DNA of 64,000 bases from Octopus sinensis (taxonomy: Eukaryota), in contig NC_043001.1 of assembly GCF_006345805.1 (NCBI RefSeq), positions 129,518,001-129,582,000 on the forward strand, written 5' to 3'. Positions 12,061-23,228 of the stretch are shown here, piece after piece. Both the position numbers and the translations under genes were made by a program. The notes under the pieces were generated by a model. That model was not told the DNA's origin and searched no databases. It was given only the letters and a program-made list of their open reading frames with translations. The stretch's first letter is position 1, and each line of letters starts with the position of its first letter.

Positions 12061-12390
12061 GGTGCATGGCTCAGTGGTTAGAACACTGGGCTCACAATCA
12101 CAGGATAGTGAGCTCAATTCTCGGACCAGGCTGTGTGTTGTGCTCTTGAGCAAAACACTTTATTTCACATTCCTCAAGTTCACTCATCTGTAGAAATGAG
12201 TTGTGATCACTGGTGCCAAGCTGTATCGGCCTTTGCCTTTCCCTTGGATAACATTGGTGGTATGGAGAGAGGAAAGTGATATGCATGAGCAACTGTTGGT
12301 CTTCCATAAACAACCTTGTCTGAACTTGTGTCTTGGAGAGTATCTTTCTAGGTGCAATCCCATGGATATTCATGACTAAAGATGGCTTTT
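12061..12390 (+). mobile_element. tRNA-derived CORE-SINE, further family
   Basis: GGCTCAGTGGTTAG A-box, B-box-like segment, CTTGAGCAAAACACTT CORE variant; its 3' part recurs inverted at about 45095-45190. Confidence 0.7.
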
Positions 12391-12911
12391 ACCTTTTTTA
12401 ATTGTTTTAAAATGGTAGCAGTGGTGTTGGTGTTAAGGTGGTGAATGTGAATTTTGTGTTAAGTAGTGAACATGATTTCAATATTAACAGGTGAGAAGAC
12501 AGCAAGCTGGTGGAATTGTTACCATGCCAAGCAAAATGCTTTGTGGAATTACATCTGCCTTTACTTTCTGAGTTCAAATCCCACTGAGGTCGACTTTGCC
12601 TTTCATCATTTCAGGGTCAATAAAACAAGTACCAGTTGAGCACTGGGATCGATATAATTGACCTAGCTCCTTCCCCTGAACTTGCTAGCCTTAATTTGAA
12701 ACAGTTGGACGTGAACTTCTTTTTAAGGGCTGAAGTTGAAGGTTGATGTTTACAGGTGTATGCGACTCAGGTACAAAGAGATTGAGGTAACATTAGTATA
12801 AAAGGGATCAAGGTGAGATGCTATTAAAAGCTGAAAGTGATGTTGGTATTAAGAAGCAGTGAAATACTGTGCACAAGAAATGAAGATGATATTGGTATTA
12901 AATATCATACC

Positions 12912-13408
12912 AAGGCGGTGAGCTGGCAGAAACGTTAGCACGCCAGGCGAAATGTGTAGCCGTACTTCGTCTGCCGCTACGTTCTGAGTTCAAATTCCGC
13001 CGAGGTCGACTTTGCCTTTCATCCTTTCGGGGTCGATAAATTAAGTACCAGTTACGCACTGGGGTCGATGTAATCGACTTAATCCGTTTGTCTGTCCTTG
13101 TTTGTCCTCTCTGTGTTTAGCCCCTTGTGGGTAATAAAGAAACATTCAAATTCCGCCGAGGTTGACTTTGCTTTTCATCCTTTCGGGGTCGATAAATTAA
13201 GTACCAGTTATGCACTGGGGTCGATGTAATCGACTTAATCCGTTTGTCTGTCCTTGTTTGTCCTCTCTGTATTTAGCCCCTTGTGGGTAATAAAGAAACA
13301 TTCAAATTCCGCCGAGGTCGACTTTGCCTTTCATCCTTTCGGGGTCGATAAATTAAGTACCAGTTATGCACTGGGGTCGATGTAATCGACGTGGGTAGTA
13401 AAGAAATA
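12912..13408 (+). mobile_element. SINE family B (possible Meta-domain SINE) with tandem 156-bp 3' multimer
   Basis: TTCAAATTCCGCCGAGG at 12989, 13145 and 13301; flanking direct repeat gatattggtattaaa at 12888-12902 and 13409-13423. Confidence 0.85.
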
Positions 13409-13552
13409 GATATTGGTATTAAAGACCGAGGAACAAATATTGGTACTGAGAGCTGGGGGCAGGTGAAGGTGTTGATTGTACTTGTAGATGAAGTAGAAGA
13501 ACTCTTCCGTTTATTTATTTCTTTGTTTATAAATATTTTCCTTTTACTGCAG

Positions 13553-13613
13553 CAACAGTAGATGCAAGCTGCTGCTGGTGATGCTGATGCTGCTGCAATC
13601 GTTCTTTCAAACA
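13553..13613 (+). other. Weak candidate 61-nt exon (NSRCKLLLVMLMLLQSFFQT)
   Basis: ttttccttttactgcAG acceptor and ACA/GTAAGA donor; one open frame; lies in GCT-rich low-complexity sequence. Confidence 0.2.
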
Positions 13614-14042
13614 GTAAGACCAAAATATCAACACTGCTATTTTTTTTATTACCTTGTCTATTATGGCTATAATTGTTGTTGTTGTTATTTTGAATTAAAA
13701 ATCAGAATGTTGATTTCATATTTGTTTCAGTTATCTCTTTTTTTTAAGAAAAAATAAAATTTAAATTATATCTATATATATAAATACATAATTATAAAAA
13801 AATAGTATGAACAACCTTCAACAATTCTGTTAGAAAGAATATATAAGCATGACTATTTCGTCTACCAACCGTAACAATGATAAACATCGCACTCACACAC
13901 ACACATGCACACTCTCACACACACACACAATCAAATGACTGGAAATATCAGAAAACAAATTAAGTTACTTTGAACACGAAAAGTCCTGTCCTAATTGTGT
14001 AACACTAAAACTTCACTGAAAAATTATTTTCTGTAAAATCAC

Positions 14043-14044
<2 letters not shown>

Positions 14045-14108
<64 letters not shown>

Positions 14109-14549
14109 CACATATATATGCATATATACATAGATATATACATATATATAATATTGTACATATATATTGTATGCATATATATGGATATACATATATACAT
14201 ATATGCATTGTATATACATACATATATATTATATCATATTATATATATAGATGTGTGCATATATATGTGTGTGTATGGATGTATCAATATATATGTATAT
14301 ACACATATACATATATTGTGTATATATATGGACATATATATATATGTATGTAAATAGGTGTATATATGCATACATATATATGTGTTGTATATATAAATAT
14401 ATCATGCATATATATATGTATATGTGTGTGTATGGATATATCAATATGTGTGTGTGTGTATGGAGATATATATATTATTTTAGAGGGTGATTTGTGTATA
14501 TGTACATATATACACAGATTGATTTTACAGAATATATATATATATATAT

Positions 14550-14594
<45 letters not shown>

Positions 14595-14620
14595 TATATA
14601 CATATATACACACACACACA
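14045..14620. repeat. Compound TA/CA/TG microsatellite field
   Basis: Alternating purine-pyrimidine runs that generate YI/CV ORFs. Confidence 0.9.
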
Positions 14621-15979
14621 CACAGAATACCTTGTTATTTTTGTTTTGGTCAATATTGTTGTTGCTAATGGTGGTGATTGTAGTGTTTATAACTATTGTT
14701 TTGTTGTTTTCTTTACATTTTTGTACTTTACAAAAAAAAAATAATCAAAAAATATACACTAATAACAAGACAAATGAACAAAGAGACGAGAAAGATGCTA
14801 TTTCTTCATGGGAAAAAAAAATGAAAATGAGAGGTAAAGAAGATGAATAATAAAAGAAAAAAACGATTTATTATTACTATTATTATTATTATTACTATTT
14901 TTATATTTATGTTTTTATTTTAATTCAAAAATTTAACTAAGCATCATAGTCATATAAAGTTAAAAGTGATAGTTTCTTTGTTAAATCTAAGCTTGAAAAC
15001 GACAGGAAAAAAATTACACAAATAAATAAAGAAAAAAAAGTATATGAGAATATCCTACATTAAAAGACAGATCATATTTTTAAATTAAAATTATATAAAT
15101 AAAATTGAAAAAAAGTGATATTTCAGTAAAGTGTGTATATGTATGTGGGTATATATATATGTGTGTGTATATACATGAATACATATACACAAATATATAC
15201 ATACACACACGCACACATAAACGTGCGTGCGCTTGAGTGTGTACACTATATATATATACATATGTATACAAATATATATACAGATATGAGTGTATGAATA
15301 TATACACGCATACACACAAATGTGTGTGTTTGTGTGTGTGTATGCATGTGTGTACAAAAAAGTCATTATATCAAAGATATTCTTTTCAGAAATATTTTCT
15401 GAAATTTTAACATAGACTCATACATGAATACCAACAAGAGCAATAATAATAATAACAACAATAATAATAATAGTAATGATGATGATGATAATAATAATAA
15501 TAATAATGATAATAATAATAATGATAATAATAATAATATGGAATAAATGAATGAGTGAAATAATAAATAAACAAATTAATTTCATCATTCCTTTCTATTT
15601 TTTACCATTTAAACGTTTTTTGTTGCTTTGCTTTTGTTTATATATATATATTTGTTTTTTTTTCATGTTATTTATAATTTTGAATTTTGCATATTCCACC
15701 CATGAGACACGACAACCTTCTAACCCTATTGAGGTCTCCTAGGGTAGTTGAGAATGACTTCAGAGAACTACTGTTAAATGAATGAACTGGTTCAAACTAG
15801 ATTGAATCAGAATAGGGGAGAAAAAAAGAGAGAGAAGGAAAGAGGGAGAAAATGAGAGAGAGAGAGAGAGAGAAAAAGTCTGTATGTATATGAGATGTAA
15901 AAAAGAAATTGAATATGCGTGTCAGAGAGAGAAAGAGAGAAAGGTTGCGTGTGTGTATGAGATATTAAAATGGAAGAGA

Positions 15980-15989
<10 letters not shown>

Positions 15990-16033
<44 letters not shown>

Positions 16034-16043
16034 GGATAGATAG

Positions 16044-16074
<31 letters not shown>

Positions 16075-16580
16075 GATAGATAGATTGAGTGTGAGTTAGA
16101 ATTGAAAAGAAAGAATAGAAAAGGAGAATGTTTTTTATGTGGATGAAAGAGTGATTGAAACAGGGGTGAGAGCGTGTGAGATTAAAACAGGTGAGAGAGA
16201 AGGAATATACAAGTGTTAGCAAGATTAGAATAGAGAGGAGCAAAAGAAGGAGAAAGAGAGAAAGAGAGAGAAAAGAAAAAGAAGAGAGAAAAGAAAAGGA
16301 AGAGAGAAAAGAAAAAGAAGAGGGAAAAGAAAAAGAAGAGAGAAAAGAAAAAGAAGAGAGAAAAAAAAAAGAAGAAAGAAAAGAAAAAGAAGAGAGAAAA
16401 GAAAAAGAAAAAGAAAAAGAAAAAGAAGAGAGAAAAGAAAAAGAAGAAAGAAAAGAAAAAGAAGAAAGAAAAGAAAAAGAAGAGAGAAAAGAAAAAGAAG
16501 AGAGAAAAGAAAAAGAAGAAAGAAAAGAAAAAGAAGAAAGAAAAGAAAAAGAAGAGAGAAAAGAAAAAGAAGAGAGAGAG
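15990..16580. repeat. (GATA)n followed by an 18-bp-period GA-rich minisatellite (gaaaaagaagagagaaaa)
   Basis: Direct inspection; explains the EK-repeat ORF 16176..16586. Confidence 0.9.
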
Positions 16581-17286
16581 GAATGAAAAGAGAACGAAGG
16601 AGGCAGACAGGAAAGTTGACGGAGAGGAATGAAAAAGGAGGGAGAGAGGTTGAAATTAGGAGAGTGAGAATAAATTGATTGTACCCCTCCCCTCATAACA
16701 TTTGCGGCCTTGTGTCCCTGTTAGTAAACTGAATCCTATCTTTGTGTTCTTGTATCTCATTTTTGTATTGTCTTCAAGATCTTGGGTCCTTGTGGCCAAT
16801 ACAAGAAATCCTTACCACTACCACCACTGCTACTACTTCAACTACTACTACTCTGGATTGGCAGAATCAATAACGTGTCAGATAAAATTCTTTGTTCCAG
16901 CTCTTTACATTCTGTGTTCAAATCCAGCTGAGGTCATCTGTAAATTTTTATTCTTCCAGAGTTACTATAATCATGTATCATTCAAGAACCAGTGTTGCAC
17001 CAATGTTATATAAAAAAAAGGTTACTTACCACATAGCCACTTCTGCACCTATTGTTAATATTCATTTCAAATTTTGGCGCAAGGCCAGCAATTCTGAGGA
17101 AGGAGTACTTAAATTTCACTGACCTCCCCATTTCTCTACTGATACTTATATTACTAACCCCAAAAAAGATGAAAGACAAAGTCCATCTTGGCACCATTTG
17201 AACTCAGAATGTAAAGATGGATGAAATGCTGCTAAGCATTTTGTATGGCAGGGTAAGGATTCTGTCAGCTCACTGCCTTATTACTA

Positions 17287-17654
17287 TTATTACCTCTGCC
17301 TTAGCAAAAGCGGAGGTATTGTTTTCAGTCGCATTTGTTTGTTTGTCCATGGACAAGATATCTCAAGAACTGCTGGATGGATTCAGATGAAACTTTCAGG
17401 GATGTTTGGTCTCGTGCTTGGCCAAAACTGATTAGATTTTGGATCGATCTGGTACCAGACAAGGATTCTCGATTATTTTGCCGGTTTTTTACTTAATATT
17501 TGAGAGTGGTCTGGTTCATTTATAGTTTTCTTGTTTGTGAGAGCAGTTGAGTTTATTTCAGAAAATCTCATTTTAAAACACCTTTTCTAGCTAATTTTTG
17601 AGGGGACGTTGGTGTTACCTTGGTGGAGGTTTGTGCTCTCTGAGTGCTCTTGTT
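17287..17654 (+). mobile_element. Helentron-type HINE-like element, uninterrupted
   Basis: TTATTACCTCTGCC...GCGGAGGT 5' hairpin, (GTTT)n, 3' CCTTGGTGGAGGTTTGTGCTCTCTGAGTGCTCTTGTT; an isolated 3' tip also lies at about 28062-28101. Confidence 0.65.
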
Positions 17655-17946
17655 AATATTGATTTCAAATTTTGGCAGAAGGCCAGTAATTTGGGTGGGT
17701 GGGGGGAGAAGTAAATAGATTGCATCAACCCCATTGCTCAATTGGTACTTATATTATCAACACTGAAAGGACGAAAGGCAAAGTCGACCCTAGCAGAATT
17801 TGAACTTAGAATGTGAAGATGGACAAAAGGCCACCAAGCGTTTTGCCTGGTGTGCTAATGCTTTTCTACAATTAATACTGCAACCTTACGGGCAGAACTG
17901 GTAGAGCAATGGACTAAGAGCCTTATGAATTATATTGCTTCCCTGT

Positions 17947-18350
17947 ATACTCTTTACTCTTTTACTTGTTTCAGTCATGTGACTGTGGCCATGCTGGAGC
18001 ACCGCCTTTAGTCGATCAAATCGACCCCAGGACTTATTCTTTGTAAGCCTAGTACTTATTTTATCGGTCTCTTTTTTGCCGAACCGCTAAGTAACGGGGA
18101 CGTAAACACACCAGCATCGGTTGTCAAGCGATGTTGGGAGGACAAATACAGACACACAAACACGCACATACATATACATATATACATATATACGACGGGC
18201 TTCTTTCAGTTTCCGTCTACCAAATCCACTCACAAGGCTTTGGTCGGCCCGAGGCTATAGTAGAAGACACTTGCTCAAGGTGCCACGCAGTGGGACTGAA
18301 CCCGGAACCATGTGGTTCGTAAGCAAGCTACTTACCACACAGCCACTCCT
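17947..18350 (-). mobile_element. SINE family A, full length
   Basis: Near-consensus match to the other family A copies. Confidence 0.9.
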
Positions 18351-19062
18351 ATTTCGTATTCATATCCAATCATAATCAATTTTGCATTTTAAGCCTTCTG
18401 AAGTCAATAAAATTAGTACCAGTCAAATACTCGGGGAGATGAGATTGGATTAAATGAATTACATCCTCTCACTTCCTATCATAATGTCAAACCTTGTTTT
18501 CGTGTTAGAAATTCTTACTACTATAACTATTATCATAATAATAATGATGATAATAGTCATGAGAGACACTACTGCTTATGATGGTGATGATGATAATGAT
18601 GACGATGTACATGGTGGTGGTAGTGTTGGTGGTAGTGGTGATGGTCATGAGATATCCATTAGACAATGAAAATGATGATAAAGATATTCATGATGATAGC
18701 AAAGAAGCATTGCTTAGAAGATGATGATGATAATGATGATGATGATGATGATGATGATGATATTCATGATGATAGCAAAGAAATGATATTGCTTAGATCA
18801 TAATGATGATGATGATGATTATGGAGAGATATCAGTTTATAGAAAAACAAAAAAAAAATATTATATAAAAGATAATAAATGTGCAATTTTATTGCGAAAT
18901 CAAAACAAGGAAAGTGTCATCATGAAAATAAATTTGTCTGTAAATGGGTTAATTTCATTTGCTTTGTTTTATCTTGAAAGAATAACAACATTATGAACAA
19001 GACTAACAGTCTGTGTCTGTAATCATCTGGATATTTTCTGTGTGTTGATCATGTTCTTGCAA

Positions 19063-19093
<31 letters not shown>

Positions 19094-19763
19094 ATCATGG
19101 GTTATCCTTCATTGAACAAACTTATGATCAAAAGGTGTTCTAACAATGACCATACATACTATTTTTTTGCTCTTAACGCACATAAGATACAGAGAACTAC
19201 TTTATTCAGTGTGTATGTCTATCTTTTTTTTTTTAATGACACAGCATGATTTTAAAAGAGATTTAGCTGCTATTTCTAGTACAGCAATTGTTAAACTATG
19301 GCTTATGAGCCACTTCAAATTCTCAGAGACACAACGTGTAACTGTCAAGATATGGGGTTTCAGTACTATTCTTCCTAAAACTGCTTAAATATCCTACAAA
19401 GCAGAGTTTAAAACATTAACTGCAAAAATGAAAACTCAATATAATCTATCAACGATTAAACAATATAATTTGGTGGGGGACAAAGTCTAATAATTATAGT
19501 CCCCATGGCATGTAAATGATTAAGATTACAGTACTGACCCCTGAACAAGATGCCAGACCATTGCAGGATTAACTATCATTTACAGATGATAAAGAGCTTT
19601 GATCAAGAATACAATGCCCCGTCTGGTCCAGCAATGGAAACTGATCTTACAATTGTGAATGCAATGCTCTAAACTAAACCACCAGGCTATGTGCCTTCAC
19701 TAACCAATATACCTTAATGAGTAATAAACCTATGGAGTGGTATATTTCATTAATCATAATTAT

Positions 19764-19924
19764 TGGCTAACCACAAAGGCGGGTGTTCACTCAGGCTTAC
19801 GAGAAAGGGATGGCCTCCCTTTGCAAATACTATAAGGGCACAGAAAGTGTACCTAAAGCCAGATGGAGACAATGATCTCCTGGGGCTAAAAAGCTACAGT
19901 AACACCCCCCTTGGTGGTTAGCCA
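19764..19924. mobile_element. Unclassified MITE, about 25-bp imperfect TIRs
   Basis: tggctaaccacaaaggcgggtgtt ... aacacccccccttggtggttagcca; flanked by tat/tat. Confidence 0.55.
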
Positions 19925-20004
19925 TATTGAGATGGCTTTTATACTTTACATTGTCGAGCAATTACTGTTTACATCTCGTTCTGAGATTTAATAATGCATA
20001 ATTA

Positions 20005-20552
20005 TTGGGTTGTCCGGAAAGTCCATGCTGATTTATAACAGTTTACATTTCGACTTATTTTAGAACATGGTTGAGTCCATAAAATAGGACTTGACTATAC
20101 CTTCATTTAGAGCACAGTTTAAGCTATCTTTTCATGGAAGAAGGTTTATGTTCCTATGACCTGTGTTAATTCTGTAACCTTTTAAAAGGGAAAATAAGAA
20201 AGTTCATTTTCGGCACTTGATGCTTTGGGAACCAGGCAAAAATTGCTGCAGCTCGGCTGGGATGTGTTACCCCACCTTCCATATTCACTGGATATTGCTC
20301 CTTCAGATTTCCACTTATTCAGGTCTCTGCAGAATAGACTTAATGGTAAAAATTTCAATTCCTTGGATGACGTAAAAAGATACCTTGGTGAATTTTTTGC
20401 CATGAAACCACCTCAATTCTAGGAAGAGGGTATTTTCAAGTTAAAGGAAGGATGGAGACACATTGTGCAACAAAATGGTTTATATTTGGTTGATTAAAAA
20501 TGTACTGGCAAGTTTCCTTTAAAAATCGGCATGAACTTTCCGGACAACCCAA
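20005..20552 (+). mobile_element. Internally deleted mariner element with both TIRs and TA TSD
   Basis: TA|ttgggttgtccggaaagtccatgctgattt ... aaatcggcatgaactttccggacaacccaa|TA; N-terminal KKVHFRHLMLWE fused to WDVLPHLPYSLDIAPSDFHLFRSLQ. Confidence 0.92.
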
Positions 20553-21529
20553 TATAATTTAAAATATATTAAATGATATTAAATTAGAAAAAAATATATA
20601 TGTAGCTCTTCTTGACTAATACTTTGGCCATCTCTTTTCAAGAAGTCTATATGAATATTTCGATGCTTCTTCCTTTTCTTTTAGAGATATCAATTAGAAT
20701 CATTACCATAGCTATTGTTAAGTCTTTTGTCAATCATGGTTTAAGCAGATCTTTCAATAAAGATAATCCAGCTACAGTAAAGATGCGTGACCTAGTGGTT
20801 AGGCTGTTGGTTTCATGATTGTAAGGTTAAAGGATCAATTCCCGGTTTGGGTGGAAGGTTGTGTCTTTGGGCCAGGCATTTCAGATGGTTCTAATCTCCT
20901 GAAATTGGAGATGAGTTGCATTGCATCAGATGCAGAAAAGCATTTCACAAACTATTAACGAAAAATCCTGCAAATGAAACATGTCAATGACCTTTGATGG
21001 TTACATTACACTGGATGATGAATCTAACCATGCCTCCCTCCACCTCCTTTCATTTTTTTGTCATAGTGTATGCAGATTGACATTTTCCAATGTGTTCTTC
21101 TTTTTCTAAAATGTCATGTTTTGGTTTAACCCTTTTACTGCTGAAATCAGATACAACCACTCTAAATTTCATTATTACCCTTAACTGCAGAATACAGCTT
21201 TACATAAAAATCTGTCTTTTGTAAAGGAATATCCTTTTGAACATTTTTTGTTGAGAAATGTTAAGTTTACTGAGGCAACATGACATGTAGAAAATATTGA
21301 CTTTGTATTTTGGTAGATATTTAACATCATTACTTGAATAACGAAGAAATTTAACTTCACAGCTGAAGGATTACAAGATACTTGGTTGCTATTTCTAGCA
21401 ATTTCAGTAACCACTTAGGGGCTGTTTTATTAGTTCTTGTATTGGACATATTCTCAAAAGAAAGGGTTTCCTCAGAGTAGAAGAGCTGATCGTTAGATAC
21501 ATTGGTGAGTAAGAAGAGAACAGGGATTC

Positions 21530-21708
21530 TTTTATTCTTTTATTCTTTTACTTGTTTCAGTTATTTGACTGCGGCCATGCTGGAGCACTGCAAATCGACC
21601 CCAGGACTTATTCTTTGTAAGCCTAGTACTTATTCTATCGGTCTCATTACACACCTGCATCGGTTGTCAAGCAATGTTGGGGGGACAAACACAGACACAA
21701 ACATATAC

Positions 21709-21739
<31 letters not shown>

Positions 21740-21905
21740 CATATATACGACGAGCTTCTTTCAGTTTCCGTCTACCAAATCCACTCACAAGGCTTTGGTT
21801 GGCCAGAGGCTATAGTAGAAGACACTTGACCAAGGTGCCACGCAGTGGGACTGAACCCAGAACCATGTGCTTGGTAAGCAAGCTACTTACCACACAGCCA
21901 CTCCT
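21530..21905 (-). mobile_element. SINE family A
   Basis: Head, CORE segment and tail present with small internal deletions. Confidence 0.85.
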
Positions 21906-22092
21906 ACGCCTATAAAGGGATATAGATTTAAATCGTGGATGATCGCTTGACTATAACTGTGAAAGGAATTGCAGCAAATGACTAAATCTTTGGTTCATTT
22001 TTGCCCAGTCAATGCCATAAATCCGAAAATGTTTATGATCTTTCTCTCACTCACTACTTTGTAATCTGTTTATTTCTATACACATAATTAAA

Positions 22093-22578
22093 GAAGCAAA
22101 AATGACCAGCATCAAAGCCTATGTCATCAAAGGCCAACTAAGATGGAGTGGCCACGTGGTTAGAATGACTGACGAACGACTTCCCAAACAGATCTTCTAC
22201 TCCCAACTCAAAGACGGCAAGTGTACAAAAGGAGGCCAGAAGAAACGCTACAAGGACTCCCTGAAAACGAACCTCAAAAAGTGTGACATTGACTTCACCA
22301 ACTGGGAGGAAACGGCAAAAAACAGACCACTCTGGAAAACCACCATCCATGAGGGAACGGCGAATTTCGAGTCGAAAAGGTCTGCAGAGCTGGAGGAGAA
22401 AAGACGACGACGGAAGGAGCGCCAACAACAACCACGTGCGACTCTCCCTTCTGGCACTAGATGTCCGCACTGTGACCGATCTTTTCGAGCAAGAATTGGT
22501 CTTATCAGTAGCCTGCGGATGCACCAATAAATTTGCGTGAAGACCATCATCCTCGACCTTGAGGGATTGCCATAGTAG
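22093..22578 (+). mobile_element. 5'-truncated RTE-clade LINE with an open 142-aa C-terminus
   Basis: ORF 22102..22530 QLRWSGHVVRM..RLPKQIFY..GGQKKRYKDSLK..CPHCDRSF; short (TAG) tail; 8-bp TSD taattaaa at 22085-22092 and 22579-22586. Confidence 0.9.
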
Positions 22579-23150
22579 TAATTAAATGATTGGAAAGAGA
22601 AGGGAGATTAGACACAGTTTTTTTTCAAATAGAAGTGCAAACATCAGAATACAATACTTGTCTATATATTACATTGCTGTACACACAATGAGTGGTAGAC
22701 TTAAAGTGTCACCTGTTTTAATGACATCATCAGGATTTTTAATGTGTACTTTTAGTGGAGTTAAATTTGTTGTTACAAATATTTGAACAAATGATAACAT
22801 TCTGAGTTCAAATTCCACTTTTCATCCTTTTTGGGGTCAGTAAAATAAGTTGTACCAGTTGAACACTGGGGTTAATGTAATTGATTTACCCCATCTTCCA
22901 AAATTGTTGACTTTCTGCCAAAATTTGAAATCATTATTTGAATGAATGAACCTGAAGATAAGTTGATTGGTTAATTGAATGATTGTCTGACGGGCTGATT
23001 CCTTCCTTTCTTTCACCAGTTTCAGAGGCAAGGAAAAATGTTAAAAGTGCTGCCTTTTTTCTAATAAAACCAAATACATATATATATATATACACATAAT
23101 GTACTATTCCATGATGATATGATCAGCAAATCTAATATGCACAATACATT

Positions 23151-23228
23151 TTTTTATGTGCTACGAATAGTTTCATATGTTTGAGAAATTTTTCAACATA
23201 TGAAGAAACTATTAGTAGCACATAAAAA
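23151..23228. repeat. Fold-back hairpin, 24-bp outer arms plus inner stem
   Basis: tttttatgtgctacgaatagtttc and gaaactattagtagcacataaaaa, one mismatch; inner atatgtt/aacatat. Confidence 0.9.

Noticed and set aside
12989-13390. CRISPR-like appearance of the regular repeats here and at 46136-46360
   Set aside because: No unique spacers, the units are SINE sequence, and the context is eukaryotic with no cas genes.
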